DNA from: an uncultured Bacilli bacterium
Lineage (GTDB): Bacteria > Bacillota_I > Bacilli_A > RF39 > UBA660
Reading direction: 5' to 3'
DNA: 25,358 nt
Assembly: GCA_947632255.1 (NCBI GenBank)
Contig: CANROL010000001.1
Coordinates: 1-25,358 of the forward strand
Shown: positions 1 to 7,754 of the stretch, piece by piece
Layout: every line of letters starts with the position of its first letter
How positions within the stretch are numbered: position 1 is the first letter of the stretch
Notes under the pieces: model-generated
Databases searched by the model: none
Told to the model about the DNA's origin: nothing
What the model saw: only the letters and a program-made list of their open reading frames with translations
Made by a program: the position numbers and the translations under genes

Positions 1-2
1 AT

Positions 3-74
3 AACACCCGCATACCATCAAGTGAAATTGATAAATTTATAAAAGAACTTGAACATAATTCAGTTAAATGCTAA
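3..74 (+). CDS. 3' end of a gene entering from the left (NTRIPSSEIDKFIKELEHNSVKC*), possibly a small HTH/excisionase-like protein
   Basis: Open frame 3 from the window edge to TAA at 72-74, followed by hairpins and converging on the minus-strand operon. Only 23 codons are visible. Confidence 0.35.
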   Translation, partial: NTRIPSSEIDKFIKELEHNSVKC

Positions 75-99
75 AAATAAAGCACTGATTAGCATTTTT

Positions 100-129
100 A
101 AAAGCAACGCCCTTTATGTGCTTGCTTTT
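100..129. terminator. Probable bidirectional intrinsic terminator
   Basis: AAAAGCAA(100-107)...TTGCTTTT(122-129) with A/T tracts on both sides, between convergent ORFs. A second inverted repeat AAATGCTAA/TTAGCATTT lies at 66-97. Confidence 0.6.
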
Positions 130-168
130 TTAATATATTATTTCTTAATTATGCTTTTAGTTTAATGT

Positions 169-891
169 TTACTTATTTTCATTATATTTTATCCATTCAC
201 TATATATTTCATTAAAATTATCAATTTTTTCAATACCAATTTTTAAAACATCTTTTATATTTACATTTGGGCAAATTTTAATATAATCAAAAATCTTATC
301 ATATTTATTTGACTTATTGCTCATTATCAAAGAATATATAGCATACAAACAAGCTTTATTTAAATCAATTCCTAAATTATTTTTGGCCATATCAAAATCA
401 ACTTCAAAAGTATCATAAATTTCATCTGAATTATCATAATCTGGATTTCCAACTTCTTCGCAAGTATAATTAGTATTAATTATTGATTCAAATAATGTAA
501 TAACTCTACCGTATTCTCTATATAAAACCAATTTTTTTATTAATTCATAAGTATCAGCAAATACTTCTTCTAATTCATGAGTGGGGTAATATACATAATC
601 AATATCAGCATCATAATAGCTATAAGTACCAGTTTCATAAGAATAGCCCTTAAAGCATATTTCCCCATTTTCTATTTCTTCATATTTTGTCAATATTTCA
701 TTATATTTTTTTAAAATATCTTCATCTATATTATTTTGCTCACCTTTAAAATTTTTGATTTTACAAATTATATATTCATAATAATCTGAGGGTAATTTAT
801 CTATTAATCCGTTTATTAAATCTATAACTTCATGAGCGGATAAAGTTTTTAATTCTTTATTTAATTCCATTTTAAAATTTTCTATATTCAT
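169..891 (-). CDS. Hypothetical acidic protein, last gene of the accessory operon
   Basis: 240-aa ORF, co-oriented with the operon, no recognisable catalytic motif. Confidence 0.75.
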   Translation of the reverse strand: MNIENFKMELNKELKTLSAHEVIDLINGLIDKLPSDYYEYIICKIKNFKGEQNNIDEDILKKYNEILTKYEEIENGEICFKGYSYETGTYSYYDADIDYVYYPTHELEEVFADTYELIKKLVLYREYGRVITLFESIINTNYTCEEVGNPDYDNSDEIYDTFEVDFDMAKNNLGIDLNKACLYAIYSLIMSNKSNKYDKIFDYIKICPNVNIKDVLKIGIEKIDNFNEIYSEWIKYNENK

Positions 892-913
892 GTTTTAAAC
901 TTCCAAGATTTAT

Positions 914-1342
914 CTAAATATATTTTATATTATTATCCTCACACCATTCAATTGCCAACTCTTTATATTTTTCATCTCTAAACTTATACCAATCATCAAT
1001 AATATCATAATTAATACACGTATCTTTAAATCTTCTAAATGCTCCACTTCCATTTATAGCAATATATAACTGATTATAAAGTCTTTCATCCTCAATTGTT
1101 TCAATAAATTCCTCCATCATATTATATTCATCAATATAAAATTTTGTTGGTAAACCAATATATTCATCATATATTTCCTCACATTCATCTTCTGATATAT
1201 CCGTGTATTCATTAATATAAATTATTTCACCATTCTTTGGATTTAAATAAGCTTCAGTATCTTGTCCCATATTAACAAATTCTAAAGCATCAATTATATC
1301 ATTTAATTTTACTTTCATAACTTTATCATTTTTATTAACCAT
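914..1342 (-). CDS. UPF0158 family protein
   Basis: KLNDIIDALE...YLNPKNGEIIY...MEEFIETIEDERLYNQLYIAINGSGAFRRFKD...WYKFRD...AIEWCEDNNI matches the UPF0158 pattern. Confidence 0.85.
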   Translation of the reverse strand: MVNKNDKVMKVKLNDIIDALEFVNMGQDTEAYLNPKNGEIIYINEYTDISEDECEEIYDEYIGLPTKFYIDEYNMMEEFIETIEDERLYNQLYIAINGSGAFRRFKDTCINYDIIDDWYKFRDEKYKELAIEWCEDNNIKYI

Positions 1343-2375
1343 TTTTATTATCCTCTTTCATTAACTCAACAGGCGTCCAGCCATTGTTTACCCATATTCT
1401 TGAATTATTATATATATCAGCGAGAAAATCTAATATTTTTTGAATATTCTCTTGAGTTATACCTACTTCCTGTTCATTAAGCATCTCAAGTAAAGGTTTA
1501 ATATTATCATCACAATATCTATTCATATCCGAGATTAATTTAATAATTTCTTCAATAGTATCTGATGATACCTTTTCTTTCTTTAAATAATTTTTAAACT
1601 TGATCTTAGCTTCAGTTTCTTCATAATAATTATAATCAGAATATTTAAGTAATTCTTCTAATTTAATTGGTTTTCTTTTTATAATTTTCTGTCTTGAAAT
1701 AATGTCTATTATTTCCTTTTTTAAATTTTTATCTCGTAAAACTCCATGAGCAAAATACATTTTATCATTTATTACATATATTTCCATATTATCAATTCTC
1801 TCACCAGAAAATAATGTTTTAGTTGGGGCTTCTAATTCTTTACCATTTCCATAATATAAACTATAGTAATAATTTAATTCACTACATGGTACCAAACCAT
1901 ACAATTCAACCATTGCTCTAATTAAATTATATACCTTTGTATTTTCCTCAACAGTTTTTTCAAATTGTTTTAAATCTATCTTTTTAATTACATTATAAAC
2001 ATCATCAGTCATTGAAATATAAGTTTTATTATTAATTTCAAATATAAAAATTAAACCCGTTGCATACAAGAAATAATATGTATCGGCACTCATATCATCA
2101 TCTTGAATAGTACCTTTATTATTCATTAAATCTTTTAATAAATTAAATTCTTTATCTATAAATCTTTCAATTAAATAGGTTATTATTTCTTCATCAGTAA
2201 GCGCGGTATATATTATTTGAATAAGTTCTTGTTTAGACTTATTACTTAATCTACAAAGATATAGAAGATTTCCTATATATTTTAAATCTTTAACAGTTAA
2301 ACCCTGAAGCAGTTCTATTAAATCTTTTATTATTAAAGAATCAACTGCATTTTCTAAATCAAATTGTTTTATCAT
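1335..2375 (-). CDS. Uncharacterised protein of the type usually ending in a SEC-C motif (absent here), with an N-terminal Rho_N/HeH-like helix pair
   Basis: N-terminal LQGLTVKDLKYIGNLLYLCRLSNKSKQELIQII; VELYGLVP; C-terminal YNNSRIWVNNGWTPVEL. Overlaps its neighbours by 8 and 17 nt. Confidence 0.65.
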   Translation of the reverse strand: MIKQFDLENAVDSLIIKDLIELLQGLTVKDLKYIGNLLYLCRLSNKSKQELIQIIYTALTDEEIITYLIERFIDKEFNLLKDLMNNKGTIQDDDMSADTYYFLYATGLIFIFEINNKTYISMTDDVYNVIKKIDLKQFEKTVEENTKVYNLIRAMVELYGLVPCSELNYYYSLYYGNGKELEAPTKTLFSGERIDNMEIYVINDKMYFAHGVLRDKNLKKEIIDIISRQKIIKRKPIKLEELLKYSDYNYYEETEAKIKFKNYLKKEKVSSDTIEEIIKLISDMNRYCDDNIKPLLEMLNEQEVGITQENIQKILDFLADIYNNSRIWVNNGWTPVELMKEDNKNG

Positions 2376-2736
2376 AGCATATATCTCCTAATAACTTCTT
2401 AATTATTTGTTTTATCTCAGTTGGAATATAATAAGAATAATGATTTCCATTATCATAAATAAAAATCACTAAAGATTCCATTTCTTCCTCATAAGGTGCC
2501 ACCCATTCAGAGTTTTCTTGATTAAGTAATCTTTTAAAATACATTTTAGTAGGTTTATCATCTTTATAAATATCTAACCAAAAATCAAAATCATCTAAAA
2601 TTTCATCTTTTAACTCATTTATATTATCAACACCAAATTCTTCAAGTTTTTCCTTAAGTAGTTCTTCATCCAAAGCCTTTAATGAAGATAATAAATCGAT
2701 ATTTCCTTTTGTTACTAAATACTTTTTAAACTTCAT
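2359..2736 (-). CDS. Hypothetical protein resembling the N-terminal domain of the downstream 346-aa protein
   Basis: 125-aa ORF with AGGAG RBS; VIFIYDNGNHYSYYIPTEIKQIIKKL resembles LIFIFEINNKTYISMTDDVYNVIKKI. Confidence 0.65.
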   Translation of the reverse strand: MKFKKYLVTKGNIDLLSSLKALDEELLKEKLEEFGVDNINELKDEILDDFDFWLDIYKDDKPTKMYFKRLLNQENSEWVAPYEEEMESLVIFIYDNGNHYSYYIPTEIKQIIKKLLGDICYDKTI

Positions 2737-2749
2737 TCATTACTCCTTT

Positions 2750-3346
2750 TTATCTTGCTTCATAACCATTCTTTATTAAAAGAACTAATCCTTTTAAATT
2801 TTTATTATCCGTTTTTAAATTATATTTTCGATAATCATATTTTTTATCAGTATCATATCCTGCTGTAAAATAGCTATTAGAATAGCCTAACTCATCAGTT
2901 TCTAATACTATATCTTTTAATTCTTCACTAGTTATATCATCTAACATTCCTAAGCCTTCACCTTGAGTTATTAAAGGATAATTCTTAGCATCATTAAAAC
3001 TTTGCAATTCTTCACATCCTAAATATGTAATTACAAATGTAGTGGGAGAACCATAGTCATATTCCATTTCCATAGTATCATTTTCTTTTAAATCAAGACT
3101 ACTTAACTTTGTTGTAATGGCACTTACTTTATTTTCATCATATATAGTATCTCTTGGATTTAATCTACAATCATAAATAATATCCTTATAAGCTATATTA
3201 AACATATGATATGCCAAAGAATTAAATGTTGCAAGTATCGTATAAGCAAGATCTGCTACAGTCATTCTATCAGTTATCTCAATTTCCCTCCATATTTTAT
3301 TTTCTAACCCTTCTATTCCTACATTAAATTTTAATACTTTATTCAT
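2750..3346 (-). CDS. pRiA4b ORF-3 / MM3350-like family protein
   Basis: IWREIEI...TVADLAYTILATF...HMF...MEYDYGS...YPLITQGEG motif order. GGAGG RBS; start overlaps the upstream stop by 1 nt. Confidence 0.8.
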   Translation of the reverse strand: MNKVLKFNVGIEGLENKIWREIEITDRMTVADLAYTILATFNSLAYHMFNIAYKDIIYDCRLNPRDTIYDENKVSAITTKLSSLDLKENDTMEMEYDYGSPTTFVITYLGCEELQSFNDAKNYPLITQGEGLGMLDDITSEELKDIVLETDELGYSNSYFTAGYDTDKKYDYRKYNLKTDNKNLKGLVLLIKNGYEAR

Positions 3347-4959
3347 TACTTTACCTCCATCTTATTAGTAATTAAATTAACAAATTTCACTTTATTTTCA
3401 CTATTTAAAACATTCATTATTTCTTCTTTGAAAGCTTTTCTATTACGATATAAAGGATACATCTCCTCAATCATATTATAAATAAATAATGAAGAATCGT
3501 TAATTTCATTCATCTTTTTTATATATTTACATAAACTGCGATATCGTTCTCGATCAGTTGCCCATTTAGCTTTTTCAATTATTCCTAGTTTATAAAAATC
3601 TAATAATTCTTTACTATATTTATCTTTTAATACATTTTGATAATCATAAAGTTTAGCCAAATCAGGATCTTTTTTAATTAAACCAAACAATTTATCGGGC
3701 TCATTTTCTTCTGCATAAATATTTTCTAAAATTCCCCGATTATTAGATTTTATTTTAGAGATTATTTCTTCCTTTAAATTTTTCCATTCAGAAATATTAC
3801 ATAAATTTTTTAATTCTTTATATCTTTTAAAATCATTAGTTTCAATTATTACTTCTGGTAATATTTCTTTCTTTTCTTGAAGCATATTATTTTCATCATA
3901 TACTTCTATTAATTTATCATAAGCCATATCCTTTCTTACATGATTTTTAATATCATCTTTTAGCATTTTTACTATTTCTTGAATTTTATTTTCATCTTTT
4001 AAATATTTAATTAATAAGTCTTTTACACCATAAATATCCACATTTTGATAACATATTTTTATAGCTTCATCTTTATCAATGTAATCATAAACTAATGATA
4101 TTTTATCTAAAGTACAATTAACAAAAATTCCATATGAAAATTGACAATTATCTAAAATTTTTATTACATTTTGTGCAGAATTTTTATCATGAACATAAAG
4201 AATAAAAGCATAAAGAGGAGCATCAGAAAAATCACCTAATTCATTGTTGCTAGCAATAGTATTTGCCCATTTTAAAAATTCTTTATAATATTCATCTTCA
4301 TATAATAATTTACTCGTCGAAGAACATAACATATAAAGCGAATCTTGATACTCACCATTAGATCCATCCATAAAAGTATCTTTTATAAAAAAATATGTAT
4401 GTTTAATCAATTCAAAAGCATTATTAAAGTTCTCTTCATCGATAAATTTTTCTATTTTATATGTAACTCTTGATATTAAATCCACAAAATATCTTCCATT
4501 ATAATAATTTACAAATCCATCTTTATCGCTTATATTTTTTAATTCATACTGCATTTCAGCATAAATTTTATTAAGCTCTGAAGTTGATTTATTTTTTCTT
4601 TTGCTTTTTTGAGCTCCTACTTCTAGCTCTGGAACCTCGTTATCAACTAAATAATATAAAACTGCCGCGATATGCTTACACATAAACTCCCCACCTTCTG
4701 AATAAGGGCAAGAACAATAACAAGCTTGAATTTCACCATTTTTAATTTCTAATTCCACTTTATAAATCTCAGATCCATCAATATAAGCATAGACATTATC
4801 TTTTTGATACCAAATATCACGAATTCTATTTTCATTATAATAACTCTGGCCTCGAGAAAGTATACTATATTCAAAATAATCCTCAAATTCGACATTTTCT
4901 AAAAACTTTTTCATCATATTTTCCTTTTTTAATTCTATATTTATCACACCAGTAAACAT
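3346..4959 (-). CDS. SWIM zinc-finger protein with helical C-terminal region (start may be ATG at 4917)
   Basis: ILSRGQSYY...VYAYIDGSEIYKV...CSCPYSEGGEFMCKHIAAVL (CxC-xn-CxH); C-terminal YRNRKAFKEEI. AAGGA lies before ATG 4917. Confidence 0.85.
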   Translation of the reverse strand: MFTGVINIELKKENMMKKFLENVEFEDYFEYSILSRGQSYYNENRIRDIWYQKDNVYAYIDGSEIYKVELEIKNGEIQACYCSCPYSEGGEFMCKHIAAVLYYLVDNEVPELEVGAQKSKRKNKSTSELNKIYAEMQYELKNISDKDGFVNYYNGRYFVDLISRVTYKIEKFIDEENFNNAFELIKHTYFFIKDTFMDGSNGEYQDSLYMLCSSTSKLLYEDEYYKEFLKWANTIASNNELGDFSDAPLYAFILYVHDKNSAQNVIKILDNCQFSYGIFVNCTLDKISLVYDYIDKDEAIKICYQNVDIYGVKDLLIKYLKDENKIQEIVKMLKDDIKNHVRKDMAYDKLIEVYDENNMLQEKKEILPEVIIETNDFKRYKELKNLCNISEWKNLKEEIISKIKSNNRGILENIYAEENEPDKLFGLIKKDPDLAKLYDYQNVLKDKYSKELLDFYKLGIIEKAKWATDRERYRSLCKYIKKMNEINDSSLFIYNMIEEMYPLYRNRKAFKEEIMNVLNSENKVKFVNLITNKMEVK

Positions 4960-4984
4960 TTTACTTCTTTTTATATTAAAGCTA

Positions 4985-6178
4985 TTAGCTATTCTTTAAA
5001 ATCAACTCCCTTAACTTATCAATTTGTCTATTTAATAAAATACATAATCTGTTAATTCTATTATCACTCATTTTAGTTAAATATTGATACTTATGTAATA
5101 AATCATCAAACCATTCCACAACACCATCTAATTTAGATATATCAATTCTTTTTAAATTTTTTACAACTTTTATTATTTCATCAAAAGGTTTTTCTTCATA
5201 AAATAATCTGCCACTTCCTGAAATATGTACTTCATCTTCATCATAATATTCAATGTTTAAACTTTGACCATTGTCAAATATAGGAGCAACATCAATCCAT
5301 TTTAAAGTGTTAACATCTCTAATAACTCCAAAGTTATTTAAATGTCTATCTTCATTCATAATTAGATAATCTAAAATATACATATTCTCTACTTTTTCAC
5401 GAGCATTCTTTATATTATTTTCTTCTAATTTTTTTATATATTCTTCATAATCTTCAACATTATTATATCTTTTCATATCATTTCTAATCTGATAACAAGT
5501 AATAAATTCTGTATCTTTAGTTATAAAACAAGGACATTTAGATACCACCATATCTTTATATATATCTATTGTATACTCTACATGATCAAATCCTAATCTT
5601 TTACATATTTCACTAGCCAATACTTCATTAAATGGTTGTAATACTTCATTTTTATAACCACCTTTTAATAAATATCTTGTTCCATCTTCAATAATCCAGG
5701 CTTTTTTAAGCATTCCATCAGTTGTATTATTAGGAGTTTTTAAAGATGATTCTTTGGTTATAATTTTACTATTCGTAGATAAAGAAGCTTCCATAAATTC
5801 TGCATAATCAAAGTCATTATCAAAGAAATTAATATCATCGTATGAAATATTACTACCAACTGGCTTTAACCAGTATTGATCTGATAATGATAAGCCAAAA
5901 GCCTTATCTAAAAGTTCGTAGGGAGCAGTTATATTAAGTCTATGAAGTAACAAATCTAATTTATCACGCCATGAAGGAATACCTCTTCCTTTAAACCACT
6001 CACTTAAATTAGTTCTAAAAGGTGTATCATTAATATCATCTTCAATGTAAAAGCTATTTAAAATATAAGGAGCATAATTAATATTTTTAACTTCATAAAT
6101 TCTTGTAAAAACACTAGTTGCAGTATCATATTCTATAGTTAATACTTCAATATTTTTATTCATTAAAATACATTGCAT
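4985..6178 (-). CDS. HipA-like (HipA_C) Ser/Thr kinase
   Basis: TTDGMLKKAW, YLLKGG, NEVLASEIC, NEDRHLNNFG catalytic loop, APIFDNGQSL; N-terminal GLSLSDQYW of the Firmicutes HipA-like subfamily. Confidence 0.85.
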   Translation of the reverse strand: MQCILMNKNIEVLTIEYDTATSVFTRIYEVKNINYAPYILNSFYIEDDINDTPFRTNLSEWFKGRGIPSWRDKLDLLLHRLNITAPYELLDKAFGLSLSDQYWLKPVGSNISYDDINFFDNDFDYAEFMEASLSTNSKIITKESSLKTPNNTTDGMLKKAWIIEDGTRYLLKGGYKNEVLQPFNEVLASEICKRLGFDHVEYTIDIYKDMVVSKCPCFITKDTEFITCYQIRNDMKRYNNVEDYEEYIKKLEENNIKNAREKVENMYILDYLIMNEDRHLNNFGVIRDVNTLKWIDVAPIFDNGQSLNIEYYDEDEVHISGSGRLFYEEKPFDEIIKVVKNLKRIDISKLDGVVEWFDDLLHKYQYLTKMSDNRINRLCILLNRQIDKLRELILKNS

Positions 6179-6207
6179 ATCCTCACCTCATTCGTTTTAT
6201 TGCCATT

Positions 6208-6236
6208 ATTGTACCATGGATACTTTAAAATGTAAA
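6208..6236 (-). promoter_or_regulatory. Sigma-A promoter of the accessory operon
   Basis: TTTACA(6236-6231)-17 nt-TACAAT(6213-6208) with TG extension; GAGGTGAGG RBS before the kinase. A second TGnTATAAT lies at 6254-6262. Confidence 0.65.
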
Positions 6237-6292
6237 TTAATTGATGAATACTCATTATAACAAAACTTTTTATTTATTTAATTTTAAAAGAT

Positions 6293-6601
6293 TTAATTAA
6301 CTACACAATGACTATCCCCACCTCCGGCATTAATGTGGTTAGATACCATTATTACATCATTACCTTTACCATAAAAGCTTTGTGCTTTCTTAGGCCTGTT
6401 AGTGGAATCCAGTGTTACATCACTATCTCTAGTAAGTGAGTTTTCTATACCTAATTCATTTAATCTATCAGCCATATATTTACTTATCATTAAAGTATAA
6501 TCCTTTTCAACAATCCCATTAGCACTTGTACCAGGATCAACTCCTCCATGCCCAGGATCAATAACCACCTTTTTAGTTGCTCTACCATCTACAATATCCA
6601 T
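6293..6601 (-). pseudogene. 5' fragment of an N-acetylmuramoyl-L-alanine amidase (Amidase_3, CwlC-like)
   Basis: VVIDPGHGG, EKDYTL, LTRDSD and SNHINAGGG are present, then SHCVVN*. The C-terminal half with the catalytic Glu is missing. AGGTGA RBS precedes ATG 6601. Confidence 0.85.
6299..6340. repeat. att-like imperfect inverted repeat at the amidase breakpoint
   Basis: AACTACACAATG(6299-6310)-17 nt-CATTAATGTGGTT(6328-6340), centred near 6319 in the Gly-Gly codons. Confidence 0.5.
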
Positions 6602-6616
6602 GTTTATCACCTAATA

Positions 6617-6644
6617 TAAAGTATGTTTAAAAATTATTTATGTT
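6617..6644 (-). promoter_or_regulatory. Possible sigma-K/sigma-E-type promoter for the amidase
   Basis: AACA-15 nt-CATACTTTA matches the CATAnnnTA -10 element. AT-rich context weakens this. Confidence 0.35.
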
Positions 6645-6688
6645 AAAATAATATTTTAAATATAAATTTTTTTTAAATTTTTGCAAAT

Positions 6689-6732
6689 AAAAAGCAACAT
6701 CACCACATATAAAAATTTTTGTAGGATGTTAC
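6689..6732 (-). terminator. Intrinsic terminator after the DUF4352 gene
   Basis: Minus strand GTAACATC...GATGTTGC followed by TTTTT. Confidence 0.55.
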
Positions 6733-6747
6733 CAAATTTTTTTATTT

Positions 6748-7311
6748 CTAATCTAATGTCCATTGAAAAGTATAATCATCATCAAATAAAACGTTTTCAT
6801 AATATCTAACTTTAAGTCCCATATCATTTTGTTTCTGCTCCCAAATAATTACACCTTCAACTTTGCCACCTGCATCAAGTTCCCCACTATTTAATTCAAT
6901 ATCATCTTCAGCGGTAATACTATATACAGAAGCTTCAACACCATCGCCATTAACCATTTGGAAGTCTAAAGCATTATAAGATACTTTTTTATCACTATTA
7001 TTTTCAATTTTAATAGTTACTTTTACATACTCGTACCCATCTTTTGCTTGAAAATACTCATTAGTACCTTTTGTTTTTTCAATTTTAGTAATTGAATATT
7101 TAACATCTTTATAGGTTACAACATCGCTTTGCTTATATTCCTTTTGGAAGTCATCTTTATTACTTCCGCCACCTATAATAGCTCCAATAATGATAACTGC
7201 TAAAACTCCTAATATTACCCATCTAACAAGATGTGATTGTTTCTTTTTGCAATTTGGACATACTTTAGCTTTATTATCAATTTCAGTTTGACAATATTTG
7301 CATTTTTTCAC
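6748..7311 (-). CDS. Membrane-anchored DUF4352 protein with N-terminal zinc ribbon
   Basis: CKYC-x10-CPNC, a hydrophobic helix, then KVTIKIENNS...YNALDF...LNSGELDAGGKVEGVI. GTG start with AGGAGG RBS. Confidence 0.8.
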   Translation of the reverse strand: MKKCKYCQTEIDNKAKVCPNCKKKQSHLVRWVILGVLAVIIIGAIIGGGSNKDDFQKEYKQSDVVTYKDVKYSITKIEKTKGTNEYFQAKDGYEYVKVTIKIENNSDKKVSYNALDFQMVNGDGVEASVYSITAEDDIELNSGELDAGGKVEGVIIWEQKQNDMGLKVRYYENVLFDDDYTFQWTLD

Positions 7312-7354
7312 TATAAATTCCTCCTTTCCTATTTATTATATCATATATCTCAAC

Positions 7355-7390
7355 GAATAGGTGAGAATAATTTCATTGAATAAGTGAGAA
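7355..7390. repeat. Direct repeat pair GAATA(G/A)GTGAGAA, candidate operator
   Basis: 7355-7367 and 7378-7390, 12/13 identical, 23 bp apart, between divergent genes. Confidence 0.5.
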
Positions 7391-7417
7391 AATATATTTA
7401 AGAAAGGTGTTGTCATA

Positions 7418-7672
7418 ATGAATAATAAAAATGATGAAAACTATATTTATTATCTTGTGGCACAAAATCTCAAAAAACAACGAAAATTAAAAGGGTTAAC
7501 CCAAAACGAATTTGCAGAATTATGTAATTATAGTGATGGTTTTATAATGAATATTGAAAGTGAAAAATACCATCAAACCTTTAGTTTAGGTACATTGTGG
7601 AAATTTGCTGAAGTATTAAACATAGATATAAGAGAATTATTTAAACCACTAGATGAAAAAAAAGATAATTAA
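7418..7672 (+). CDS. XRE-family HTH transcriptional regulator
   Basis: NLKKQRKLKGLTQNEFAELCNYSDGFIMNIES...SLGTLWKFAEVLNIDIRELF. Confidence 0.85.
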   Translation: MNNKNDENYIYYLVAQNLKKQRKLKGLTQNEFAELCNYSDGFIMNIESEKYHQTFSLGTLWKFAEVLNIDIRELFKPLDEKKDN

Positions 7673-7754
7673 AATTTTCATCTTATTTAATCTTATAATA
7701 AACTTATTTTCTAATATCTTTTTTTCTTACCGATTTTATTAATATTTAAATCAA

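Larger units (their letters stand above)
1..6319. mobile_element. Putative integrated element interrupting an amidase gene; left boundary lies outside the window
   Basis: Amidase truncated at GGG-D inside an imperfect inverted repeat (6299-6340), followed by an accessory-type operon with its own promoter. No recombinase is visible in the window. Confidence 0.5.

Noticed and set aside
66-97. TGCTAA/TTAGCA repeat as a CIRCE
   Set aside because: The arms are in the opposite order with a 14-nt spacer, and the site lies at 3' gene ends.
6748-7672. DUF4352 plus XRE as a prophage immunity region
   Set aside because: No integrase, structural or replication phage genes nearby.
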